Source: Octopus bimaculoides (Eukaryota). From it: a stretch of 33,724 bases of DNA. The translations under genes and the position numbers were made by a program. The notes beneath the pieces were generated by a model. The model ran no database searches. It had not been told where the DNA came from and saw nothing but the letters and a program-made list of their open reading frames with translations. Location of the stretch: contig NC_068999.1 of the NCBI RefSeq assembly GCF_001194135.2, positions 24,961,803-24,995,526 on the forward strand. Reading direction: 5' to 3'. Of this stretch, positions 22,562-33,714 are shown one piece after another (the stretch's first letter is position 1; every line of letters starts with the position of its first letter).

Positions 22562-22760
22562 ATATCTATATATATTTACACACATATGCATATAGGCATG
22601 ACAGGCTACCACATAAGTTCTGTCTCCCAAATTCACTCATAAGGCAATGGTCGACCTGAAGCTGTAGAAGAAAACACAAACCCAAGGTGCCATGCAATGA
22701 GACTGACCTTGAAATCTTGTGGCAGCAAAGCAAAATTCTTGACCTTACAGCTTTGCCTAC
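22097..22760 (-). mobile_element. Old SINE family D copy interrupted in its microsatellite linker
   Basis: 3' half at 22097-22320 and head at 22595-22760, both matching other D copies. Confidence 0.75.
22328..22521 (-). mobile_element. CORE-like SINE (family C head plus family A-type tail) nested in the D copy
   Basis: The head matches 17546-17690. The tail gtgacaaggctgaccctttgaaatac matches family A at 13686-13715. Confidence 0.85.
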
Positions 22761-25614
22761 AACCTTTAGAATAGAAGAATTATTACACTGAGTAATTTAC
22801 GATCTGTTATAGAACAAGACATTCAGCAGAATAATATATCGATTCTAATATGATATTGGTTAGATTATGACAAAGAGCAAACCAAAACATTGATCAAATA
22901 GATGATGATGTTCTATAGTCAATGACATTGAGTAGATTTCTGAAAATCTTTAGAACAAATGAGTATGCTATTATAAGAAACAAGTATTTTCTATTGAAAC
23001 TGCTTTTCTATTTTAAGTAACATGACTCATAAGTTTCTTTACCTTCAAATTCCAGTGTTTCATATCATTCTTCAATTTCACCATACAAAGAAAATTTATT
23101 TTACCTGTTCTATTTTTAAATCTCATGTTTCTGACCATAGGCTGGCTCTATTGGAATTTGGGTAAAACTAAACATTATTCAATGATCAACACACACTAAT
23201 ATGTTTAATTCTATATTAATTTCTTTAAAAAACAATAGGACAAGCTAAAATCAGCCTGCAACTGACTGTTGGCTGTAATTTTTTTCAGATAATTTTTTTC
23301 ACATACAACTTGTTCAGTGTTTGAAATTTTATAACTAGGAAATATATCAAAATGAATATCTCTTCCGATATGTTTTAGTAACAAATTCAATTAAATTGTT
23401 TTTCCTAAATTATCAGTCTTTAGCTTAGAAATATCTTGGCTTATGTATCCAACAAACACCCACTCTCCCAGTTATTGCAGCTGCTTTAGTTACTAGTGAT
23501 GAAAAATACATGTTAATGTGTTAAGATGTGACATTTTCAGGAAATTACTTTTGTAGAGAAAAATCTCATTTTGTATATAAATTACTAATATTTAGTTTAT
23601 TATGAACTTAATTCTGTGAATAACTTGAAAATATGCTCAATTATTCTATCGTTCTGACATCTGCAATCATAATAATGCACTTGAAAATAACTTAGAATAC
23701 AAAAAACAAGAAACCAAATGAAAATTATAATCCATTTCAAATGATTGTCATTGAGTCACTGAAATACCAATAAACTGAGGTATTGTTGTTTTTCAGACTA
23801 ACCAATAAGAAGTATGACTGTGTTTGAGAGTGAAATAAAAGAAGCAGGCTTGTGGCAGTGAAATATATGGATAGCTATTATGTTGTAGTAGTAAAGATAT
23901 ATCCATTATAATAGTGGGTTTTCATCAAGCTATTAACCATATCTTAATAGGATTTTTTTTTCCATGTTTCAAAATGGCTTATAGTCCAATTGTTATCTCT
24001 TATACATTAATCACTATATAGATTGAAATGTAGTATACATAAAGATACAAAAGAACATAATAATAGCCTAATCAATTTTTATTACTCTAGTGATAACTTG
24101 GCATCAAGTAAAGCTTTCTGTGGCTACAGCCTGGCATTTATTACCATTTGTTGTTACTTTCATTTCATTTGTTTTGTTAATGTTCTTTGTTTAAAGGTCT
24201 GAACATCAGAACTTTTTTTTTTTTTCTTTTTCTCAAAATCTGGAAAAACAAGGAGAAACTACAACTGTGTCCTCTTCCAATAGCTCTACAGAGACTTTGC
24301 AACAGTCATAGATAAAACTGCTTGGAAACAAATATATTTAAAACTTAATGACATAGATATATAGATATATGATTGTTAAAATATTGCTTATCATGACTAA
24401 TTAAAAAAAAAATTAAAAGCAACCTCTTCTGAAACAGATTCAAACCAGTATAGGAATGTTTCTTGAGGATGTTAAGTTTATTTGCAGGCATAAATCTGAG
24501 CCAAAACTGAAATATATCTGAACCAAAATGAAGCACATTTTCAAAAATGGTAACAAATCATTTTTCATTCTAAATATAGCTTAACTTACTCTGGAAAGAA
24601 AAAAGGAGATAGATTTACATTGGCATTAGATGCAAAAAGGAATGCCAAAAACAATATGAAAGTGCAAACAATTGGATATAATTAGAAGGATTGTGGTATT
24701 GGAAAATGTATTTGGTTCTATGATCCAATTTTAATTTACAATTGATCTCTGCAATACAGAATATCATGAATCATACTACTAAAGAATAAGTTAATATAGG
24801 TCTAACATTTCTTTCAGCACAAAGGACACAGACATTAATGAATTTTCTTAGCACTATATATGAAAGTTTTTTTGTTTTGTTTTGTTTTTTGATAGTCAGT
24901 TAATATCAATAGATAACCATGACTACTGATAAGAACTATAGCAACAGATTTAGTTACTTTCATTTTATGATAATAACTTCATAAAACTATGGAGCAGTTA
25001 CATTATTATTCAATTATATGGAACATTTTCACTTGTTATCTCAGAACAGTTCTTGGAGATGTGAACACTATGTTTGATAAAAGAATTAACTGATTGTCAG
25101 GATGAAGTTTGCTGATTTTGCTCTGAAAGGTAATTGAAGAAGCAGTATTTGAAAATGCATGCTTTTGTCTCTTACACTAGAGCTACTTAAAATGCTTAAA
25201 ATTTTATATACATATATAAACATGCACAAAACAAATTCTTAATCCACAATGGTTTACTACTGTTCTTTAAATACTACATATTCTAAAGTAGACCAATTTC
25301 CTCCAAAGTCAAATTAGAGCAGCCAACATTTACTACAACAATTCATGGATGTACCAATTTAAAATAAAATGAAGTAAATAGAGTGTGAAATACTATAATA
25401 CAAGACACCATTACTTATATATTACAAGAGAAGGATAACTGGAATACAGGCAGGCATTTATATTAAAGTTAACTAAACAATCCTCTGTTGATACCATGAA
25501 TTGGATAGCAATTTTAACTAAGCATTACAAGGAATGATTTGAAATAATTAACAATGTTCTCATTAATTTGAAATCTACTATCATGTAGGATACTTTATAT
25601 ATATATATACCTAC

Positions 25615-25756
25615 TGGCTACCGTGCCAGATCAGACTGGAACCTTGTGAAGCCCACTGGCTTGCCAGACCTCAGTCAAACCGTCTAATGCATGCCAGCAA
25701 GGAAAGCGGATGTTAAACAATGATGATGATGGTGATGATGATGATGGTGATGATGA
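25615..25756 (+). mobile_element. 3' end of an RTE-like retroposon with (GAT)n tail
   Basis: cagtcaaaccgtctaatgcatgccagcaaggaaagcggatgttaaacaatgatgatgat. A homologous inverted copy lies at 14018-14115. The class assignment is from recall of RTE-type tails. Confidence 0.6.
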
Positions 25757-25997
25757 TATATATATATATATATTAAGAAAAAATATTAGATTATCATGCT
25801 GTAATAGTAAAAGTGAGTGAACAAGCATAGTGGTATCATTAGGATTGGTTGATAGAATGTGACAGGCAAAGGGAATGATAGAAGGGAATGGTGTGTAACA
25901 GAGGCAGAAGGAAGATAGTTTATATTTAGGAGGCAGGACAAATCAGAATGTACAATGTTGCTTTTAACAAAATTAGATGATAGCCTCTTTTAGTATC

Positions 25998-26840
25998 ACC
26001 TCAGACTTAGTCATATGGGACACAGAATGGAGAATAGGAATTTTGCTAGAACTGACAGTACCATAGGAAGAGAAAAACGACAATGCAGAGATTTGAAAGG
26101 AGAAGAGATACGAAAAACTAATCGAAGAGTGCAGAGAACAGGGATGGAATGTCGAGTACTACCATCTAGCAGTGGGGGCTAGAGGCTTCATTGAAAGGAA
26201 AATGACAACGCTATTCAAAAGAAGATTTGCGTTTTCAAACTCAGAACTGAGAAAACTGATAAGGAGGATACAGGAGGCGGTCGAAAAAGCCAGCTTCTAT
26301 ATATGGCTGAAGTGGGAAGACCAAATATGGCTTGAAAGTCATAACATGCTGGCAGGAAAATAACATCATTAGGTGAGACAGGCTGACACTGAAGTGGCTT
26401 CATTGATTGACAGGTGACGGTCTCTGTTAGAGCATGCCTGGGCTAAGATTAAGTGCCCTCCATTATCAGTTAAAGTTTAGACAGTGTCATGTGACAACTT
26501 GCTGGGGCTGCTTGCTGGGGCTGCTTGCTGGGGCTGCTTGCTGGGGCTGCTTGCTGGGGCCTAGCAGTGGGAAATTTAGACAGTGTCACATGACAACTTG
26601 CTGGGGCAGCCTGCTGGAGCCTAGCAGCAGGTATAAAAAGTGGAATTTGACATGACAGTCAGTCGGACTCTGACACTCGTTGACGCTGCATCGAAGAGGC
26701 CAGGGAATAGAAGAAAGAAGACATGCACCCAACACCAGAGCTGAAGACACCTCCGAAAAGGGGGGGGGGGCACGTCAAAATGGTAGAGGAGTAGGGGCTG
26801 AAACCGGACGTGGTTCCTCCTGATGATGTCTTGAGCTAAC
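25998..26840 (+). mobile_element. 3' end of a HERO-like non-LTR retrotransposon: RLE endonuclease (to stop at 26363) plus 3' UTR
   Basis: One frame reads SDLVIWDTEWRIGILLELTVP*EEKNDNAEI*KEKRYEKLIEECREQGWNVEYYHLAVGARGF..QEAVEKASFYIWLK, matching the PD..ELTVPWEE..ERK..KY..C...GW..VGxRGF..AEKAS.W motifs. Stops at 26064 and 26094. The 3' boundary is approximate. Confidence 0.88.
26476..26627 (+). repeat. Higher-order tandem repeat in the HERO 3' UTR (13-bp unit cttgctggggctg)
   Basis: Block tttagacagtgtca-NN-tgacaa-(cttgctggggctg)n-ctagcag occurs twice, with about 5 and about 2 inner units. Confidence 0.9.
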
Positions 26841-27072
26841 TGGATTCCTATAAAGGAGCTGTTGTGGTAGCAGACCACGAAAAATGGTTGAAATTCCTCC
26901 AGAACTCCATTAAAGCACAGCTTATTAAAGCTGTAGCAGTGATTTGAAACCTCAACTGCTAGATAATCAGTCAGACACCATGAGCAAACCATTACAGTTT
27001 CATGTGATTGGTCTATTAAGCAACCAATTAGCATGAAGCTGTGGCACAACGTAGTTTTCTAGAACATTCTTT

Positions 27073-27675
27073 TTGTACCCTATAAAAGACTGTTTTGCCA
27101 CTCAGTTAATCACAGTGTGTTGAAGGCAGCTGAGCAATATGTGCCTCCACTCTTGCCATCACTGAGGGTTCCAGACATTTGTGCAGACAACTCCAGGTTC
27201 TTGGACAGACTCATTCTGAACATTCACACAAAGTCTCACAAATAACTTGGCATTCTTCCCCCTTCCCCCTCTCTTAAGAACACATGCCAGTTTTCTCTCC
27301 CAGGGAGTGTGAAAGAGATAGATAGAGAGAGAGAGAGAAAGCGAGAGATAAGTGACATGTGTTTTTAAGAGAGTGTGAAAGAGATAGAGAGAGAAAGTGT
27401 TAGGGTTAGGGTTAGGGTTAGGGTTAGGGGTCCCTGCAGTCTGATACCTAACAGATCAGAGCTGTCGCTGACTAACGTCCTTTCCCTTTACGGAAATTGC
27501 TGAATTGATGTAAACAAACGCTGTAGCAAAAAGGAGGATTGGTATCGAAAGATCGCCGCCAACAATGATATCTCTACGTCTGGCAATAAATATTTCAGTG
27601 TAATGTTTGGAGGTATGTGTCAATGATTATTCATGCAGCCAATGAAGTATATTTTCATTTACCAGCTCCACATTG
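27073..27675 (+). repeat. Copy 1 of a diverged direct repeat carrying TATAAAAG and AATAAA
   Basis: 27073-27250 aligns with 28890-29030, and 27569-27675 aligns with 29111-29217. Confidence 0.8.
27400..27429 (+). repeat. Perfect interstitial (TTAGGG)5
   Basis: Read directly. Confidence 0.95.
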
Positions 27676-28889
27676 TCCCAAACAAGCCACCATCTTGACA
27701 TTGATGGTTGTTGACTCAAAAGGCTAAAAAGACCATGAAATTGGACAACCAATGTTCATCTTCTCCCCATTTGATAATATTTTACGCAAGAAAAAGCCAG
27801 CAAAAGCTGCAACAATAGATCCAACTCATCTGTCTCATGAAATCAACTTGTCACCATGACCACAGCAACAAGGGAAGATCAAAGGGAGCCGACACCGTTG
27901 CTCATTACTTTTACCACCACAACCCTCATCTGTTGAAACTATAATGCTATAGAGCTGCTATTAATATGACTATTAATGGCTTAGGGGTATCTTTCACCTG
28001 CTCAAAATAACAGTTAAGACCAACTTTTAACAACAAGGAATGGCTCTTCTTTTGAATGAATGATTCCAGAGTGAATTTTATCCAGAACTTTCTCGGTTTG
28101 CTGTAACAGCTGGTATTTAACCTTTTCTTATACTTTTGTTTGAGTGATACCAACTAATTAACATTTTAAATATGGCATCTTCAAACGATTTTATGAATAT
28201 TTCCTCTTTCAATACTTCTAATGCTCCTTATCCTCCTCCTTTCATATCTTATGGTAAATTTTTGTAAGATGTCTGAAGACTAAATTCAGGCTCTGAAGGT
28301 AAATTCATGCAATGGCACTAGCCTTGTTATTTTGCACACTCAAATTCTCATGGTCGAAGCACTTCAAAAGATCATTCATTCATTGCATTCAACTACATCC
28401 TTTCAAGTTAGCTGCTCAAATGCTTGTTTGTCAGTAAGGCACTTATGTCATTTCTTGGAAGGAAGAATCTTCACCATGTATGCCAATCTTCAACCAATAA
28501 CCTATGCATTATAACCCAACATGGATGAATATCAAACATTTTGATATCAAGAGATATTAAACACTTTGATTATATTTCACTGTTTACTGTAGATATACCT
28601 TACATCAAGGGAGCTGAAATTTCTGCGGCAGAAGCACTATCCATTTTTATATCAATGTTTTGAATTCTGGATACACACAGACTCACTTTCAATTAAATTT
28701 TCTTTTTACAGTTCCATAAAAAAAGAAAGAAAAAGAAAAAGAACTGCAGAACTTTGCATATTTTACAAACTTGCTATTGTTATATAGACATTCTTTTAGC
28801 ATTTATTCTGTATTCAATGCATGTCTTTCCTCTTCTTTTTCTTTTCACACTTGTGTTGGCCTCTTTTTATGTAAATTCTCTTGTTCGTC

Positions 28890-29217
28890 TTGTACCCTAT
28901 AAAAGACCATTTTGCTGCTCAATTATTTGCAGTGTTGAAGGCAGCTGAGCACTATGCACTCCACTCTTACCATCACAGACAGTTCTTAGATGGACCCATT
29001 TTGAACATTTGCCCCAATATTTCACAGGTAACTTTTATGGGTGTGGCATAGTTCTTCTCTCTCCCAGTTAACAAACATTTATGCTGTTCATTGTAAATAG
29101 CCAGCACCAGTATCTCTATGTCCAGCAATAAATATTTCAGTTAAATGTTCACGGGTGTATTTCAGTTATTATTCATGGAGCCAATGAAATATATTTTGAT
29201 TTACCAGCTCCACATTG
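28890..29217 (+). repeat. Copy 2 of the diverged direct repeat
   Basis: Shares ttgtaccctataaaagac, gttgaaggcagctgagca, gcaataaatatttcag and atttaccagctccacattg with copy 1. Confidence 0.8.
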
Positions 29218-29239
29218 CACTAACCAAGTTGTATCTTAA

Positions 29240-29464
29240 CTCTTTAGCATTCAGATTACTCTTAATCTCTCAAATTTGTTGCTTATTTATTCAAATTGTT
29301 TTGAATTAACCATGAATTATTTTGTAGCTTTGAGATTTCAATGATATGACTGTCTATTTTTAGAATGACATTTTAGGGTAGGTGTGAAAGGTTGGAACTG
29401 ACCAGTTTTAACATAAAACAGGTAGAATATTTTAGCTGGATATGGCCAGTTTATTACCAAAGGG
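29240..29464. mobile_element. piggyBac-type MITE (225 bp)
   Basis: TTAA at 29236-39 and 29465-68. Imperfect TIRs ctctttagcatt versus rc ccctttggtaat. Confidence 0.7.
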
Positions 29465-29737
29465 TTAATAGATTACAGGACACTTCTACTAAATTAATAA
29501 CAAAATCCGCAATGAATTAATTTGTTATTGAGCAAGAATTATAGAAACAACACATTACTTTATACTGAATGTGAATGGATATTAGAGAGAAAGAACTGAA
29601 CTCAAATGACAATGGAACAAAATGAAAAATTGGCGGCTAAACACCATAATTTAAGTTTGATTTAATCACAAAATAAAATTTTGTGGCTTAATTTGGATAT
29701 AAACTTCATATATATATATACATCTGAATATATATAT

Positions 29738-30004
29738 ATTTCTTTTACTTTTATTCTTGTATCTGTTTCACTCTTTAGACTGTGGTGATGCTGGGGTACT
29801 GCCTTGAAAAACCTTTAGTCAAATGAATTGACCCCAGTACTTATTATTTTTTAAGCCTGGTACTTATTCTGTTGGTCTCTTTTTGCCAAACTGCTAATTT
29901 ACTGGGATGTAAGCAAACATACACCAGTTCTCAAGAGGTGGTGGGGAACAAATACAGACACAAAGACACACACACACACACGCACACACACACACACACA
30001 CACA
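29738..30004 (-). mobile_element. 3' half of SINE family D
   Basis: Reverse complement matches 30405-30610. Confidence 0.8.
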
Positions 30005-30244
30005 TAAAATTTAATTAGAGGATATGTTAACCTCGTGAAGGGATGGTTGCATCCAAGGAAATACTGGTTCAATACCTAGTATTTTGGGGGAATGAAATTT
30101 CCTTAAAACAATAGGTATATATTAAGCATATAGTTTATATCCAGTTAAAAGATGGAAAGAAAATGGAGATAAGGAAGTTAACAATTATTTATTTATTATT
30201 GACAAATTGGTTATCTTCCCTTCTTATGGTCATTTCAATTAATA

Positions 30245-30625
30245 CTGCTTATGAAACACATGGTTCCGGGTTCAATCCCACTGCGTGGCACATTGGGCAA
30301 GTGCCTTCTACTATAGCCTCGGGCCGACCAAAGCCTTGTGAGTGGATTTGGTAGACGGAAACTGAAAGAAGCCCGTTGTATATATATGTATATATGTATG
30401 TGTGTGTGTGTGTTTGTCTCCCCAACATTGCTCGACAACTGATACTGGTGTGTTTACGGCCCTATAAATTAGCGGTTTGGCAAAAGACACCGATAGAATA
30501 AGTACTAGGCTTGTAAAGAATAAGTCCTGGGGTCGATTTGCTCGACTAAAGGTGGTGCTTCAGCATGGCCACAGTCAAATGACTGAAACACGTAAAAGAG
30601 TAAAGAGTGAAAGAGTAAATTTCTA
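30245..30625 (+). mobile_element. Well-preserved SINE family D copy (5' end slightly truncated)
   Basis: B box GGTTCAATCCC, CORE-like ttgggcaagtg, (TA)/(TG) linker, 3' half with gtcgatttgctcgac hairpin and aaagagt tail. It retains many CpGs. Confidence 0.9.
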
Positions 30626-30944
30626 CNNNNNNNNNNNNNNNNNNNNNNNNNNNNNNNNNNNNNNNNNNNNNNNNNNNNNNNNNNNNNNNNNNNNNNNNNN
30701 NNNNNNNNNNNNNNNNNNNNNNNNNNNNNNNNNNNNNNNNNNNNNNNNNNNNNNNNNNNNNNNNNNNNNNNNNNNNNNNNNNNNNNNNNNNNNNNNNNNN
30801 NNNNNNNNNNNNNNNNNNNNNNNNNNNNNNNNNNNNNNNNNNNNNNNNNNNNNNNNNNNNNNNNNNNNNNNNNNNNNNNNNNNNNNNNNNNNNNNNNNNN
30901 NNNNNNNNNNNNNNNNNNNNNNNNNNNNNNNNNNNNNNNNNNNN

Positions 30945-30983
<39 letters not shown>

Positions 30984-30986
<3 letters not shown>

Positions 30987-31365
30987 GATGGGCTTCTTTT
31001 AGCTTATGTCTACCAAATACACCCGCAAGCCTTTGGTTATCCTGAAGCTATAGTACAAATGGGTGCTGAAAAGTTCCTGGCTTTGGGTAAAAGAAAATAC
31101 AAGAGGATCAATTAATCATGATTTTATCCAGCATATTCTCTTCTCAGATTCACACACTTATCACAGAGGTCCTTCAGTTTTTCTAAATCCTGTAAATAAA
31201 ACTCAGAAGGTTAGGCTTCCTACCAGGTCTTTTGCAATACCCTTAAAACCAGGAACTTTTCAGCATCCCCCTTTTAAAAGATACTTGTTCAAGGTACCAC
31301 ACAGTGGGACTGAACCCAGAACCAAGTGTTTGGGAAGCAAATTTCTTACCACACAGCCATGGCTG
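30984..31365 (-). mobile_element. SINE family D head split by a MITE
   Basis: ...gaagctatagTA [MITE] TAaaagatacttgttcaaggtaccacacagtgggactgaaccc restores a normal head. Confidence 0.85.
31056..31274. mobile_element. Tc1/mariner-type MITE (219 bp)
   Basis: TIRs containing tgctgaaaagttcctgg(c/t)ttt..gggta, with TA duplicated at 31054-55 and 31275-76. Confidence 0.85.
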
Positions 31366-32123
31366 CATTCCAGTTTTTGTTATCAAGGTGAAATATAGAG
31401 AGCATAGCTAGATCATGAGATTCAATTTCTAGTCAGAGATTAATAAAGAATGTACAGATTATGATTAATAAAGAATATGCAGATTATAATCCAATTTTGC
31501 TAAGCTTAAAAAGTCTTCCAAAATTTTCTGACTGCTTCTAACATAGATATTTGATAGATTGAACCTGTTATGTAGCCAAAACATAGGATCCCCATACTGC
31601 TATTGTTGAGAAAGTTGGACATGTAATTTATGAACAATACAAAATTATCAAAAAGGAAATGAAATTAATGCTATAATTCAAATAGGAAAAAAAATCTATT
31701 AAATTATTAATTTTTGAATTCCAATGAAATAATATTATTAGAAAACAAATCTATAGTAAACAACATTATTAAAAGTTAAGCTTAGTATAAATTTACAAAT
31801 ATGTCGATGCTTCATTTGAAAGATTAAAAACAGTATTTCAATTGCTAATATCAATACATAATCTTTTAATCTTTTAATAATTTTATTCATTGGACTACTG
31901 TCATGCTGGGGTACTGCTTCCAAGAGTTTTACAAAAAGTATTACACCTCCACCCCATACTTACACTGGTACTTATTTATAAACCTCTGTCAAATGGCTAA
32001 GTTCCTCATTGGTAACTCTTTTTATAAAGTTACTTCCTCTCTACAAACAAATATAAAGTAGGTATTTACTCTATTATACCCAAGCACAAACGTGAGCACA
32101 CACACACACACATCGTGTAAAGG

Positions 32124-32124
<1 letters not shown>

Positions 32125-32176
<52 letters not shown>

Positions 32177-32177
32177 G

Positions 32178-32233
<56 letters not shown>
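32125..32233. repeat. (TATC)n microsatellite
   Basis: Read directly. It runs into an N gap. Confidence 0.95.
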
Positions 32234-32247
<14 letters not shown>

Positions 32248-32458
32248 CTATCTNNNNNNNNNNNNNNNNNNNNNNNNNNNNNNNNNNNNNNNNNNNNNNN
32301 NNNNNNNNNNNNNNNNNNNNNNNNNNNNNNNNNNNNNNNNNNNNNNNNNNNNNNNNNNNNNNNNNNNNNNNNNNNNNNNNNNNNNNNNNNNNNNNNNNNN
32401 NNNNNNNNNNNNNNNNNNNNNNNNNNNNNNNNNNNNNNNNNNNNNNNNNNTATATATA

Positions 32459-33714
32459 CTAGCTGGTGTATCCGGTAATTCCCGGAGGTAAAGATGTTCT
32501 ATTGAAATGCCTTATTACTCTGATATAAGAAAGCAATTTCGTTATAACTGCCACAAAAGGTGTATTTTCTGTAACAAAAAGTATAAGATAATGTCAACTG
32601 GAGGAAGGAGAGATTGTCGGAGGTTGGTGAGAGAGGTTGTTGGAGGTTGGCGAGAGTAAAAGACATTATTCTGCTTAGCGAAGGCATCTGGGAAATGTAT
32701 AATTTCTGTCATTCACAGAAAAACTATTGTTTACTATGAGAAAAGTGCTGTTGAAGTGTTGAGTGAAATTTGGCAATCGAGGATCGAATCCATGCTATGC
32801 CTGCATGAAGCCACTACAAATATGTTGTGGAATAAAAAAATTATCTACTGTCATAGAAAAAGTGTATCTGTAAAAATGCTGAATTATCGGAGTAATGAGC
32901 ATTCAAAAAAGTATGTATGTATAGAAATGTATGAATGAAGTCTTTAAGGTTTAAGATTCAAATTAAGGAAGTGCAATAAAAATGTTTAGCAGTACAAAAC
33001 TGTGAGTAGCGAAATGCAGAATTAGGTTGGCTGATCGTGAGAATCAAATATTGATTGCTTTGCTAAAATCTGCAGGTGGTATGGGTTATTACTCTTGGGT
33101 TGTTTAAATAAACTATTAGTAATATGTAGTAGATAGAAAGATCCATTAGAAGGGCCCTATTATCGATTTTTTTCAACAATCTAAGTATGTCATAAGGTTT
33201 CATGACATGAGTTCTATTCATGTGTCAAATAATGTATAAAAGTGTATTGTCTGCAAAAATTAGAAATAGGACACAAGAAAAATCAATATTCAAANNNNNN
33301 NNNNGTGTGTCTGTGTTTGTCCCCCCAGCTTTGCTTGACGACCGATGCTGGTGTATTTGCGTCCCCGTAACTTGGCGGTTCGGCAAAAGGAGATCGATAG
33401 AATACGTACTAGGCTTACAAAAGAATAAGTCCTGGGGTCGAGTTGCTCGACTAAAGGCGGTGCCCCAGCATGGCCGCAGTCAAATGACTGAAACAAGTAA
33501 GAGTAAGAGGTGCTAGGGTTATTTCCCTTGGGTGTTTAAAAAAATTAGTTATATGAGGTAGATATACAGGGGCCGCATTATCGATTTTTTTCAACAATCT
33601 AAGTATATCATTTACGTGTCAAGTTTCATCAAAATCAATAAAACGATGTAGGAGGAGTTAGCTAACAATGCCACAAACAAGCACACACCAATTTTCCACA
33701 TATGTAGTATATAT
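32459..33714 (-). mobile_element. Probable non-autonomous Helitron in (TA)n
   Basis: The minus-strand 3' end has hairpin tccgg-taattc-ccgga 8 nt from CTAG|T. The other end is tatactacatatg within TA repeats, with the canonical TC not preserved. An internal 30-bp perfect direct repeat is present. Confidence 0.5.
33305..33510 (+). mobile_element. 3' half of a well-preserved SINE family D copy, nested in the putative Helitron
   Basis: Highly similar to 30405-30600; the head is presumably in the N gap. Confidence 0.85.

Noticed and set aside
26498-26627. Regular short repeats as a CRISPR-like array
   Set aside because: Units are contiguous with no unique spacers, the context is eukaryotic and there are no cas genes.
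27700-27960. Possible piggyBac C-terminal cysteine-rich remnant (RHRC..ET)
   Set aside because: Too few conserved cysteines and no upstream DDD domain could be read.
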